From Gnetum montanum (lineage: Eukaryota; Plantae; Gnetophyta): 64,000 nucleotides of DNA. The position numbers were made by a program, and so were the translations under genes. The stretch covers positions 780,828 to 844,827 of the forward strand of contig MNCI01001817.1 of the NCBI GenBank assembly GCA_015680685.1. The letters run 5' to 3'. Shown one piece after another: positions 36,330 through 49,978 of this stretch. Numbering within the stretch: the stretch's first letter is position 1; each line of letters starts with the position of its first letter. The notes below the pieces were generated by a model. That model was not told the origin of the DNA. It was given only the letters and a program-made list of their open reading frames with translations, and made no database searches.

Positions 36330-39300
36330 TGAGCAAGGTCGTCCCTTCTTAGAGGCATTATTTGCACTAGCCGTTCTAAGTTCATGGAAGGGTTTATCTT
36401 GTTGCACATTGACTAGTAATCTCTTATCAGGGGTCTCAGGTTTGTATATGGTCATGGCCCCTAAAGGAAAGGTTGTATGAATAATGTAAGGTCCTTAACC
36501 TTTCGAATCTTCAAGTCATGACATCACTTGTTATATGCCTTGTGCAACTCATTTGATGACAGGGTCGCTAATCGATTTTCATCTAGCACATTTAAAGTTG
36601 CCAACCTTTGTTTTTGTGCTAGATCAAGATCGAGGTGGAGGTCACAAGCCATTGATAGTGTACAGAGCTCAATTTGAATTGGAAGCATTGGGAGCTTTCC
36701 ATACACTAATTCATAGGGAGAGTAGCCTATAGGGAGTTTCCAAGTGGAGCAATATGCCCAAAGAGCATCATTCAGTTTAGTGCTTCAATCTCTCCTCTAC
36801 TTGCTAATTGTCCTTGTCAATATTTTAGTGATCTCCCTATTGGTGACCTCAGCTTGCCCATTAGCTTGGGGATGATAAGGTGTAGTCAATTTATGTTCAA
36901 CCCCTAAGTGTTGCATTAACTTCCAAAACGCTACACTTATGAAATGTGTTCCGTTATCCAAAATAAGTGCACGCGGCACACCAAACCTATTTATGATTTG
37001 TTGTTTCACAAATCATGCAATTGTAGATGATGTGCAGTCTGTAACAATAGCTAATTCAGCCCATTTCGTTAGATAGTCTACAACAACTACAATGTAAGAT
37101 TTTCCATTGGACATTGGTGTAATGGGCCCCATGAAGTCTATCCCCCAAATCTCGAAGGGTACTAAAGGTTGAATCCATTGTTGCGGACCCTCCATTCTTG
37201 TAGTCATTCCGCCATCACATTGACAGTGTTCACAAGATTGGATAAATTAATGGACATCCCAAAATAATGTTGGCTAGTAATATCCTACAAGCAGGATCTT
37301 AATAGTTGTTCATCTCCCTGCATAGTGACCCCCACAAGGGCCCTCATGAGCGTCTTGGAGAACTCTTAGTTGGTCCACCTCGGGCACACACCATCGAACC
37401 AAGCCATCAAGACACACTTTGTAAAGTTATCTATTGATCTCCATGAAGTACTTATCTCTATGAAGAAACTTTTTTTCTTCCTAAATTCCAGCTCCTGAGG
37501 TGTTTTTTGGGTAAGGAGATAGGAGAGAATGCTACTATACCAATTCATCTCCATGGGTTGGTTATTCACTACACCGGCAAAGAGGGCTTCATCAAGAAAA
37601 TGATCAGATATTACATATTCATCCTCTTTGTTGTCCCAGCACAACCGAGATAAATGATCTACAACTACGTTCTCGATGCCATTTTGATCGATCATCGTTA
37701 GATCAAACTCCTAGAGGATTACCAGCCATCGTATAATACGAGGGCTAATCATTGGCTTATTCATGAGGAACTAGATTGCACTATGATCTGTATGGATGAA
37801 CACTTTGTAACCTAACACATAGTGCCTAAACTTATCCAATGCAAACACTACAACCATTAATTCTTTTTCTGTTGTTGTGTAGTTAAGTTGTGCATTGGCG
37901 ATACTCCTACTTGCACAGTGGATGTAGTAAGGACATTTTTGATCATCTAACTATGTAAGTATGGCTCCTAAGGCATAATTGGATGTGTCAGTCATTATAT
38001 GGAACAGTCTGGACCAGTCAAGAGCTTGTAGAATGGGAGTTTCTACAAGCTTTTGTTTCAGAGTTTGGAATTCTCATTCACATTCTCTAGTCCATTCAAA
38101 TGGTATGTCCTTCTTTGTTAGCTCTACCAATGGTTTAGCAATCTTGGAGAAGTTCTCAATGAATCTCCTATAGTAGCCAGTGTTTCCAAGCAATGACCAA
38201 ATATCTTTGATAGTTTCTAGTTGACGGGTGATTCCTTGGATGACTCTCACTTTATCTAGGTCTACCTCTATTCCTGAATGTGAAACCTTATGCCCAAGTA
38301 CTATGCCTTCTTGGACCATTAAATGGCTTTTCTGCCAGTTGAGCCTTAGGTTGGTTTCTACGCATCTTTTCAGCACTTGCTCTAATCAGTCCAAGGCTTG
38401 ATCAAAACTTGTTCCATAAGTGGAGAAATCGTCTATAAAGACTTCCACTCCATTTCCTATCTACTGTTAGAATATGTTTAGAACTAGGTGTTGAAACATG
38501 GAAAGGGCATTGCATAAGCCAAAAGCCATTTTTTTATATGCAAACGTCCCCCATAGACTGGTGAGCGTTGTCTTGGCTTGATCTTCTGGGGCTATCCATA
38601 TTTGGTTGTATCCACTATAGCCATCCAAAAAACTATAATAGCAATGCCCTGCTATGGTGTCTAAGACTTGGTCAACGAAGGGCAATGGAAAGTGATCCTT
38701 AAATGTTACCATGTTCAGCAGCCTAAAATCTATGCACACCATCCATTTGCCTCCCTTTTTTAGCATGATCACCAAAGGGCTAACCCATTCGCTATCAGCA
38801 ATGGGATATATGAACCCAGCCCTAAGAAGTTGTTCTATTTCTTCTTTTACTACTTGCTTCAATTTTGGGTTCGATCGCCTCTATGGTTGTTTTCAAGGTT
38901 TCATGGAGGGATCAGTGTAAATCCTATGCTGGCATATCCTAGGATCTATTCTAGTTAATTTGGTGTATGACCAAGCAAAGGCTTTTGACCACTTATTTAT
39001 TACTTTTAGTAGGCTCCCTTTTTGTTTGGAAGCAATTTTTGCATTGATGATTACTGGTTTTCCATTTTTCAGGGTCATATATTCTAGACTGGTGGGTAAC
39101 AATTTCAAATCTAGGGGCTCTTGTTTAAATTTTTTAGGAATTTAAAAACTTCCCCCAGTAGATGTTTTTAAGGTTAAGGCTTAGAAGTTGGCAGTGGACC
39201 TACTCTAGTGTATCTACACTTTCAATCTAAGTGCAAGTTATTGCCTCAGTTAGTTCCATGCACATTAGTGAGCTGCTCTCTTGATTAGCCATCAGCCACT

Positions 39301-41601
39301 AGGGTCTTCTTGTCATGTGGCTGCTACATATAGGCACTTTTATATATTAATATCTTGTGCACACCGGTTTCATGAAAGCAATGCTAAACTTTGCACAACC
39401 CATGATCTCTGCATGTAATTTCACCCTGTATCACTGTATGTGATGCATGGAACCTTCTTCTTCTCAATCTTTCTAAAAGTGTTCTTCTTTGATATTTCCA
39501 AGGAAAGATCATGGATTCCTAGGCCTGCATCTATAGTACTTAGCCATGCCCTTCCCATTATTATCGGGAAGTTCCCTTTACCGTTGTTTACTTGTATCAT
39601 TAGGAAATCAGTTGCATATGACCACCCACACACAGTGGTAACGATGTCCTCCACTAGTCCCAAGGGAATAGTGATGGACTGGTCGGCCAGCTCTAGGCGA
39701 ATATTACTCTTCCTTAATGGAGGCAGGTTCTAGGATTTGTACATCTCTTGTGATATTAAGTTGACTCCGAAACCTGAGTCTAGAAGAGCTTTACATGGTT
39801 CATTCCCAACAACTTGGAGATAGATTAGAGGGCTTTCAGGATCAAATAATTTCCTATGAAGGTGGCCCACCTTAATCCAGTTAGTAATGGCATGTGTTAA
39901 CATAACCATATGTGTTGAGCTTGGTGTTTGGTTTGAAGGGAGCTCTGAAGCCCTTTTTGATGGAGAGGCATTCAGAGGTTCAACCGCTTGTGGTTGTGAG
40001 GGTTTGGTTGGACTATTAGTTTTGAAGAAAGGTCTTTTCTTCATAAGGTTGTCAAAACCAACTACAGGTTGAGGATGCATAGCCCTCGTGGCATTGCGTT
40101 GCTACGGTTCAGTGGGAAGTTCCCCCTACATTGCTAGAGCGGGTGGTAATGGAGTTATTGGTGTGAGAGTTGCGGATGGATTTGGAGGATGGTATGTCTA
40201 TGGGTTATCTCCCCTAAGAGAAGGAGTCCTATAATACTCCTAAGATTGGTAGTGATGTTGTGGGGTCATGTGACCAACAAAGTCACATGGAGAGATTGGC
40301 TGCTACACATAGTAGCCATATGGATCTGATTACCGATAGGGGTATTGTTGCCTTGGTGGTGGCATCCCCCATGATTGTGGGTATTTCCACTATTGATGTT
40401 TCTCAATGAGTTGTGATGGATTTCCACTTGGATAATACATTGAAGGTTGGTGGAACTTCCTTGGGTTACCTTGGGGATAAGGTAACCGTTGGGGTGCTTG
40501 CTGTTTATTAAGTCGTGGGTTGAGTGCATACACCCCAAACTCTTGTACATGTGAGATCATTGGGTAGCATCTCTTAGGATGGTTGTATTGGCATATCTCA
40601 CAACCATCATCATTGTCTATGTCTAAATCCACAACCTCTTCAGTGATGGCCATTTTGCCCTTACCCTTGTTACGTGCATTGTTCACTTCTCTCTTTTTCT
40701 TTTTGTCATAGTCACTACCTCGCTCCCTAGACTCCTCTACAATTTTACGAACAGTTTCAAACCTACTATCTAGGGAGTCCCACATTTGGTCTACCTTTGC
40801 CGATACTTCTGTTGTTAACTTTTGGAGCAACAAAGTTTTCCCATTCACCATCTCTTCGAGTGGTGACTCTTCCTCCTCCTCACAAAATCTCACCTCCCTT
40901 TTCCAAAGGGAAGGATATCAGTCGTACTCTTCAGCACTTTCTCTCTTACGTAGCTCCCCTTCTTCATTGGCTACTTGCTCTAGCAATCTATGAACCTAAT
41001 GGGACCTAAGCTCTAATAATCTCCCTTGGGCATACGTTCCAAGGGTTCTCCTTGTTTCATGCCTAAGTCCATCTACGAGATGCCGTAGTTGATCCCGCTG
41101 CGAATAACCATGGCCAGGGCAACAATGTAACAATGCATAATAGTAGCCCATGAAAGCATCCAAGGGTTCATAATTTTTCTACTTCCATCCTTGGATTTGC
41201 GTTTGCAGGTTAGACACTCAGGAGTACGTTTGGTACTTATCATTAAACAATTCTAACATTGTACTCCACCTTCGAATGGATTCCAGTTCTAAGGACCAGT
41301 AGCAGCTTTCTGCTTCTTTCACTAGTTTCCTTGGGAACAACTTCAATTTTTTCCATTCGTTCTCAATGTTTTGCAAGTCACATGCATCGTGAAATGCTTG
41401 TAAGTGATTTTGAGGATCAGCATTGTATCCCCCTTCAAATTTTGGAATATTGTTCATGTCTAACCTCTTGATCCTACTATCCTTTTGGTGCCTTGTTAGA
41501 ACTCTTACGGCCTCCATGATATCTAGCATGCTTCTAGTTGCGAGTAGGGATTCTTCATGGTCATCTCGTTCATAGCATCTGTGATGTCTACGCAGTTCCA
41601 T
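36330..41601 (-). pseudogene. pol: Athila gag-pol (decayed)
   Basis: gag IPKFEGGYNADPQNHL...KLFP; protease ALLDSGFGVNLI (~39790); RT KDHFPLPFVDQVLD, LDGYSGYNQI; RH IENVVVDHLSRL; INT WGIDFMGP, PYHPQANGQAE. Confidence 0.93.
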
Positions 41602-42544
41602 ACTCTCCCTTCTTTTATGCCTTGATTCCTTAGAGTGCCCTCGTCCTCGTTCTCGACTATCTCATCGATGTTTTTCACTCTATTTTCCTTTATCCTCATG
41701 ATTAGGTTCCTTATGACTACGTCTAGACACTTAAGGAAGAAGGAGAACCATCACCATGGCAATTTTTTCTACCTTCCCTTCGGTGGTCCCAGCCCCGATC
41801 ATGATCATGATCATGATCAGAACATCCATCTTTATCGTGTTTTTGTGTTCCTTCGTTGAACACTTCATGTTCATGGATATCAGAACCAGGGTTGTGAACC
41901 ATGGAGTGGAGGTTCTGATACACCACCTCCTAACCATCGTTAGGAGGGGGAACATCATTTTGTGGGGAACCTGTTGAAGTTGATTTACTACCCTCAATTT
42001 CGCTCAAGACATGCAGAGCGTTATGGGACCCTTTACCCTTCAAGGATGTATGGTATCTCTCATGTCACAAGTCTCTTTGACGTTGCACTTCTGTGGAATG
42101 GTAGTCCCTTGTGTCATGATCGCATGCAACGTATTCCGCATATAAAAGTAGCACATTTATTCATGTAAGAGCATGAAGAAGCATGTTGGGGACTGATCGG
42201 TCTAGAGTCAACACTATGTTACCCTCCAAGTCTCTCCAATGCAGTTGTTCATCTTGGTGGAGGATAAAGGTGAAATCAAGTACATACTCATCATGATGAG
42301 TATATACCACCCAAAACTATTGAGGAACTGGCGGATCTTGGTCACGTGTATTATGCTGTCGACTATCTCTTGTGTTAGTCCTAGGCAGTGAAATGCTCTT
42401 ATGCGAACAAGAAGAAATTTTTGTCTTATTCAATGTGTGATGTACCGTTGTCTTATCTTTCTTTGATTAACCCTAAGGGTTCGTTCTAGCATTCCAATGA
42501 TATGGATGATTTCCTATGTTCTACGTAGCGTACAAACAACTAAG

Positions 42545-42562
42545 TCCCCAACAACGACACCA
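42545..42562 (-). other. Primer-binding site (Athila type, tRNA-Asp)
   Basis: Minus strand TGGTGTCGTTGTTGGGGA, a C>T-decayed form of TGGCGCCGTTGCCGGGGA, adjacent to the 5' LTR. Confidence 0.85.
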
Positions 42563-42563
42563 A

Positions 42564-43339
42564 TGATGAGTGGCAAGGTATCCCTACACTCAACCATACG
42601 AATACGAGCGTCTCACATGCGATCTGGTCAAAATCCAAGGAGTAAGTGCTTACACGCCTTAATGGAACACTCAGAGTTAATCAATCGTTGTCTTCCCAAA
42701 CTTACTTGTATTTTCATGATTGTATGGTTAAGCTTGAGGTATATGATTTTTATAACTTTTATCTTTTTGGTGTCATATGCTAATAAGGGAAATGGAAAGA
42801 GAACTAAGTGACTAACTTACCTTAACTATTCATTAACTATGTTCTAATTGTCCTAACACCAGTATCTGTTCTCACTTGCCGTACACATCCTGAACCAGTG
42901 CAACACTGCTGGGATTACCAAACGCTAATCGTTATTGGATTACCAAGCACTACACGCATGCTCGAAGCGGTCATACTGAGTGCACTTAACTACAAGGATC
43001 AAGGGTTGAGAGAGAGATTAATTAACTAGGAAAGCATTAAACATTCAACAATAATTAATTACTAATTAGCTTAGTCTATATGCTGCAAGGTTTATCATAA
43101 ATTTTATCTTTATTTTCATACACAAATGTGTGCTCAGGTACAATTTGCTCGAATAAAGATCCGTTCACTCTATGACTCCTACTGTGGGCACACAGAAATT
43201 ATTCTAACTCTGGAATGGTAAAACTGCAAGAGTTTGGCTAAGGGTCTAAGTCTAACTATTGGGAACAAAGGGTGTCGCCTCTTATTTATAGAAGATGAGG
43301 CAGGACGCGATATTGCATACGCAATATCGTGGCTCATCA
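42564..43339 (-). repeat. Athila 5' LTR
   Basis: TGATGAG...CTCATCA inverted termini. Confidence 0.95.
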
Positions 43340-43344
43340 GTAGC

Positions 43345-44426
43345 CATTCATGGTTCAACCATCTAGTCCTCAACTCCCTATGGACCATTGGCAAGCCATA
43401 AGTCATGGAATTGATTATAAAATATTAGAGCCCAATTTGATTCAAGCGTAACATGTAGCTATATCTAGAGGGGATAGTTAAGCCTCCAATAAAGCCTTTA
43501 GAAAACCTAAATAAAAATGCTAGCTAGACTAGCTCAAGAGATTTCCATGATCTTTTGTCACTTTCATATCCTACAAAAAACCAATCACAATAATTATTCC
43601 TAAGTAAATCCTTCAAGGTATTTCTTTTATGTTTGGGTACCTTATCCATATAGTTCCATGAAATGATTCTTATGATCTACTATAAGACCTTTTGCTATAA
43701 AATTTCTTGAGGATCTCTTACTTCCCCAAATCAATATCCTTTTGAGCTTCTCCCCTCATCTTGAAGGTCTCATGGATATTCTACCTCTCCTAACGTAAAC
43801 CATGAATCCTGATCCATGTAGAGACATGATTATATAAATCCACATCAAGATGAACACCCTGTCTCCAATATGTTAAGGCAAGATTCCTAACTCCAAAGAC
43901 TCAAGGTCCTCCTTGTAGAACTGACATCCTATTAGTGAAGTAAGAGAAAGTAAAAAGTAACAAATCACTTAATAAAGTCTAAATATCCACCAAAATCTTT
44001 AAGGTAGCAATGGCCTACGCCATTAGTAACTCTAGATGGGATCAAGGGAATTGAAGACATGAATTTCTCAATCAAGCTCTTCTCCATTTCATTAATCCCC
44101 TCCAAGAGCATCATCTCTGCAATCTTAACCCTAACCTTCTTCTTGATCCAAGAGGCCTCTTTAATGCTTCCATCCCTTAAACTCCAACTGCCTAAGTATA
44201 ATGAAGCTCCAAATGCCCTAAATCTCTAGTTCTTATCTTTCCTTACATGCCTTCACTACTTGCTTCATTAACTACATCATTATTACCAACTAAGCGACTA
44301 ATCCCATCCATGTTAATCATTTCATTCCTGTCCTCATGATACCATCTATAGTGGTCTCATCCATGTCAGTCACTCTTTCCATATCATCACCATAAGTTTT
44401 AGTTGTTTAGTTTCAATTGTTCCTTT
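43345..44426 (-). mobile_element. Continuation (gag remnant) of the chromovirus interrupted by Athila
   Basis: Lies directly beyond the Athila TSD. Decayed E/K-rich gag-like frames; a similar fragment resumes at ~57207-57310. Confidence 0.45.
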
Positions 44427-45770
44427 TGTAAGGATCCATCTTCCTTGGATTTTCATCTTAAAGTTTGTGACAATGTTAGTGAGTCTACTTTGTTATAATG
44501 ATATATGTGGAAAGTATTGATTTGTAGAACTATCTATCAAATTTGACTATGATAGATTTAGAGTGTTTCTAATGTGCTTTTATTTATGATTAGTTGAATG
44601 ATTAGTAATTCTTACTTATGATTAATCTAGGTTAAGGTATTACTAGATGCAAAGTACTAAGTACATGCTACCCATTAATGTAGCATATATTAATAGAACA
44701 TAAAAAGAAATGTTGAGTATAAATAAAGTTGAAACGTTGTATTATTTATAATGTTGTTACTATGCTTTTATTATTTATGTGTTGCATGACCTATCTATAT
44801 TTAAATGATTTTTTAAACTAATTAGAATATTTATGTATGAACTCTCTCTCTCTCTCTCTATAAGTGTAGGTATCTCATGTACTTGCTTTGGTGTATATTC
44901 ATATAAGTTGTGAATATCTTATCTCTAAGGGTTACTATGTGAATCCTAATTATTTAGCAATTAGATTTGGAAACAAAAAAGAAACAAAGATTCTTTATGT
45001 TATGCTTCAAGGGCTGAAAAAAATATGTTTTGTTGAGTATGAATGATTATTTTAAATATATATACCTATGCACATGTTGTTAAAGAACTTGACCAATGAA
45101 TCAAGTAGAAAGAACCTAACTTATGAATCAATAATATTATATATATCATAGTTGTATTATTTTAAATAATTAACATTTGAAATATTGTGTACGTTGTTGA
45201 TGCAATGTTCTTTAAAGTTTCATCAATTAATAGATTATATAAGTATCCCCTCTATGGCCGTAAAAAGGTCAAGTGATGACTTTTCAAGATATCATAAGAC
45301 AATATGATAATAAACTATGAACATAAAATGAAAACTCTTGCATTGTTGTTGGCCTAAAAGAGAAGGTGTTTTACTTGACTTTATATCTTGAACTTGCACT
45401 CTTTCATATTCTTATTTTGAAACCTCTTCCATTGCATCTTATGACTTGATTTCTAAGAAAAAATATTACAAAAAATAAAGCCTAGTTATATATTTGTTCA
45501 TAATTTTAAAAGTTACATGTTGCTAAAGAAATGAGGAATAAAGATGGATATTATATTTAAATATTTTATGCTTATTAGTTTTCTGCTATGTAAGATTAAG
45601 AGGAATTGAACTTGAGACTTGATAAAATTAGAATTTCAAAATATTAAAAGTTGCAACTCAAGGAATTGAACATGCAACCTATTATAATATACTTTTATTA
45701 TTTTTTAAGAGTGATTATGGAAAGAATTAAACTCATGACTAGGTGTTATGAAAAAAAAATTATTTATTTT

Positions 45771-45773
<3 letters not shown>

Positions 45774-45811
<38 letters not shown>

Positions 45812-45833
45812 NGAGAGAGAGAGAGAGAGAGAG
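45774..45833. repeat. (GA)n microsatellite
   Basis: About 30 GA units with one N. Confidence 0.95.
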
Positions 45834-47330
45834 AAGAAAAACTATTTTTAGTAAAGAATCTATTACAAGAAACAACCCATCATCTTTTGAAATCCACTAG
45901 TAATTCTAAAGAGATGAAATTAAAGAGAGCAAAAGATAAGAAAGAAAAGAGAAAAATGTAGAGAGTGTATGTGCATATTAATGAGAAGGAGAGCTCGATC
46001 ACATAGGAGATGGCTAGAAATGAACAACAACAAAAGGAGACTGTGGAAAAAACAACAAATGAATAACAAAAGAAAGAGTATGGTTGAAAGAGGTCTTCTT
46101 GGAAATCAAGTCATAAGATGCAATGAAAGAGGTTTTAAAACAAGAATATGAAAATCTACCAATGACAACAGACTATTCCAACTATTTGAAAACTAAAAGG
46201 AGTAAGACTAAAGCATGTCCTCCAATACTTGGTTGACTCTCTTAACCTAGTTATCAGTTTGTGGATGATAGGTTGAACTCATGTTCAACCTAGTACCCAA
46301 GTTGTCCATGAATGCACACCAAAAAAAAAGAAGTGAACTTGGCATCATAGTCTAAGACATTTTTGGTAGGAATGTCGTACAGTTATATGATATCAAAGAT
46401 GAACAAGTGTGCAACATCGTTTGCACTAGCTAAAGTCTTTATAGCTAGGAAATGTGCTAACTTGGTTAATAAGTCTACCATAACAAGAATGGAATCTTTT
46501 CCACTCCTAATACAAGGTAAACCAATAATGAAATTCATTCTAATCACCTCCCACTTCCACTCTAGAATAGAGTGGGGGTGCATGTAGCCACCTGGTTGTT
46601 GGTGTGCAAGTTTAACCTATTGACAAACCAAACATTTAGCCATAAATCTTCCAACATGTTTCTTCATGCCTGGCCACCAATACAAACTCTTTAGCATCTA
46701 GTATATCTTCTCACTACCCAAATGCATTTGAAGTCTACTACAATGAGCTTCATCCAACATATGTTGCCTTAAGGAACTAGGCACACATACCCAATCGTTA
46801 CGACAAAGCAACCCAAGTGCATCCACTATCATGATAGCATCATTAGAATGCTTTACCTCCTAACACTAAGAATTATGCTACTATGCCTTACAAATCTCAC
46901 CTATCACATCTGACTACATCACCAAGTTGTTAATCTTACTAACCACATGGCTCAAGGCATCTACAACTACATTGCTTCTGCTTGTCAAATACTAGATGAT
47001 AAAATCAAAATCGATCAAGAGTTCAATCCACCTCCTCTAGCATATGTTTAACTATGGCTTACTCATCAAATACTACAATCCCATGTGATTCATTTGAATG
47101 GCCAACCACTCTCTGAACAAGTAATGATGTCAAATCTTTAAAGCAAATACTACTACTCCCAACTCCATGTCATGAATAGGGTAGCACATCTCATGGGGCT
47201 TAAGCTATCGTGAGGCATAGGCTATGACTTTTCCCTCTTGCATAAGGAAACATCCATAACCTTCTCCTAATGCACTGGTAAAAACATTAAATGGCTTAGC
47301 TAGGGTAGGTGAAACCAAAATAGAATTTAA

Positions 47331-49332
47331 GATCAATCTACCCTTGAGTTCATCAAAGGTAGCCTGACTATGCAAGCTTCACAAGAAACTAACATTCTTC
47401 CATAACAAGTTCATGAGGGGTGAAGTAATGCAAGAGAAATTCTCAACAAATGTCTGTAATAATCTGTCAATTCAAGAAAACTATGAATCTCACCAACATC
47501 CTTGGGTACAAGCCAATTATGAATAACTGATATTTTAGTGGGATCCACTACTATACTAGCCTCTAAAACAACATTCCAAGAACTGAATCTTACATCACCA
47601 AAAAGAATACTTCTAGGGTTGGACAAATAACTAATTTTCTCTAAGCTTTTTCAAAATGATCCTTAGATGTTGCTCATGTAACTCCTCAAATGAAGAATAT
47701 ACCAAAATGTCATCGATGAACATGATAACAAATCAATCTAGGTAGGGCCTTAGGACACTATTCATAAGATGCATAAACACTGTAGGAGCATTAGTGAGTC
47801 CAAATGGTAACACCAAGAACTCATAATGCTCATACTGTGTCCTAGAGACTATCTTAGGTACATCCTCCTCCTTGATGCAAACCTAGTGGTACCCTGACTT
47901 CAAATCAATCTTAAAGAACACCAGAGCTTCCCTCAACTGGTCAAATAAACTATCTATGCATGGCAAGGGATACATGTTCTTTGCTTTCACCTAGTTCTTG
48001 TTGGTAATCAATGCATAGTCGCATACTACCATCCTTCTTCACAAAGAGGACAAGGGCATCCCAAGGAGACACACATAGACAAATTAGGTCCTTTTCAAGA
48101 AACTCCTAAAACTGAATCTTTAGTTCCACTAACTCAATAAGGAATACCCTATGTGAGACCATAGAGATAGGTTCTACACTAAATTTGAGAGCAATCTCAA
48201 ACTCAACATCATGTCTTGGGGTTAAACCAGGTAACTTAGAATGAAGGACATCAGAAAATGCACAAACAACTAGAACTTGATCAAGCTCTTATGACAAATA
48301 AAGGTCATAGGTGGAAATAATAAAGAGTCAAGATTAGCCCACCCTTAAGTTCATCAAAGGCAGCCTAACAACATGGGTTCCATAAGAAACTAACATCCTT
48401 CCACAACAACTTTTTGAGGGATGAAGTAATGTGAAAGAAGTTCTTAACCAACCTCCTATAATAATCTGTCAATTCAAGAAAATTGCAAATCCCACCAACA
48501 TCCTTGGGTACAAGTCAATTTTGAATAATCAATATTTTAGCGAGGTTCATTGCTATGCCAACCTCTAAAACAACATCCCAAGAATTAAATCTCACAGTAC
48601 CAAAAAGAATACTTGGAAGGTTGGATGAATAACTGATGTTCTCTAAGCTTCTACAAAAAAATCTTTAGATGTTGCTCATGTAACTCCTCAGATCGAAAAT
48701 ATACCAAAATATCATCAATGAACATGATAATAAATCAATCTAGGTAGGGCCTCATGACACTATTCATAAGATGCATGAATACTACAAGAGCATTAGTGAG
48801 TCCAAATGGCAACACTAAGAACTCATAATGCTCATACCATGTCTTGAAGGTTGTCTTGGGAACATCCTCCTCCTTGATGCAAACCTAGTGATACCTCAAC
48901 ATCAAATCAATCTTAGAGAACACTTGAGTTTTCCTCAACTGATCAAATAAATCATCTATGTGTGGCAAGAAATAGCTATTCTTTACCATCACCCAGTTCA
49001 ATTATTGGTAATCAATGCATAGTCTCATACTACCATTCCTCTTCTTCATAAAGAGGACAACGGCACCCCAAGGAGACACACTTGGATGAATCAAGTCCTT
49101 TTCAAGCAACTCCTAAATGTGAATCTTTAGTTCTACTAACTCAATAGGAGACATCCTATGTGGAACCATAGAGATAGGTTTTGCACTAGGTTTAAGAGCA
49201 ATCTCAAATTCAACATCACATCCTGAAGGTAAAGTAGGTAACTCAGAACAAAGAACATCAAAAAATGCATAAACAACTAGAACTTGATCAAGCTCTTGCA
49301 ACAAAGAAATGTCACAGGTGGAAACAACAAAG
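47331..49332 (-). repeat. Tandem ~1-kb duplication of the Tekay RT domain
   Basis: 47331-~48325 and ~48331-49332 are colinear (e.g. GCATTAGTGAGTCCAAATGG at ~47788 and ~48790). Confidence 0.9.
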
Positions 49333-49978
49333 TAAGAATGACCTTTCCTTAATAACCAGTGAAAATATTTCAAAGAAACAAGATCTAACTTGAATTTACA
49401 TGTTCTAATATGCACCACCGTTTGAACACCATCATTTGACACCAAGGAAAGTATCTTACAAAACAATCCAAGTTGTTCTAATAGCAAGACAACTAATCCA
49501 TATCTAAGATAATATTGTAGTTCCCTAAGTTCATGATGTGGAGGTCACTAAACCATGTGGCATTCTAAATTACCAAGGGTATGAACCTATAAACTTGATT
49601 AACCATAAGCATACAATCATGAATAGAGCTAACGACAAGTCCTTGGTCAAGACATTGATTCATCAAAAGCAAGCATTGATGAAAAACTAGAGTTCTTCTT
49701 TGTATGCTAACAAAGGAATTGAAATAGATAATGGTTAATATCTACTTGATTGATCTCTTCCTCTAGTATCTAAGTAGGAACCCAAGTGATAAGTTTGGTT
49801 TGCAAATTTGCCAGTGGCTCCTTCATTCTATCAAGAATGGAATTAGGTTTTGATGTTGGGTTCCTAAGTCCAACATCCATCCTCTTAACATGACCACATC
49901 CACTTATAGCACTTGTCATTACTAGACATAGTAATGAGAAGGGGAATATCAATAAAAACCTATGCTCTAATGCCAACT

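Larger units (their letters stand above)
33626..43339 (-). mobile_element. Full-length Athila-clade Ty3/Gypsy element with 5-bp TSD GTAGC
   Basis: Two ~780-bp LTRs (33626-34405, 42564-43339). GTAGC at 33621-33625 and 43340-43344. Athila-type PBS; gag-PR-RT-RH-INT order. Confidence 0.95.

Noticed and set aside
41723-41997. His/Asp- or Met/Ile-repeat ORFs
   Set aside because: Produced by a (CATGAT)n micro-repeat in the Athila 5' region.
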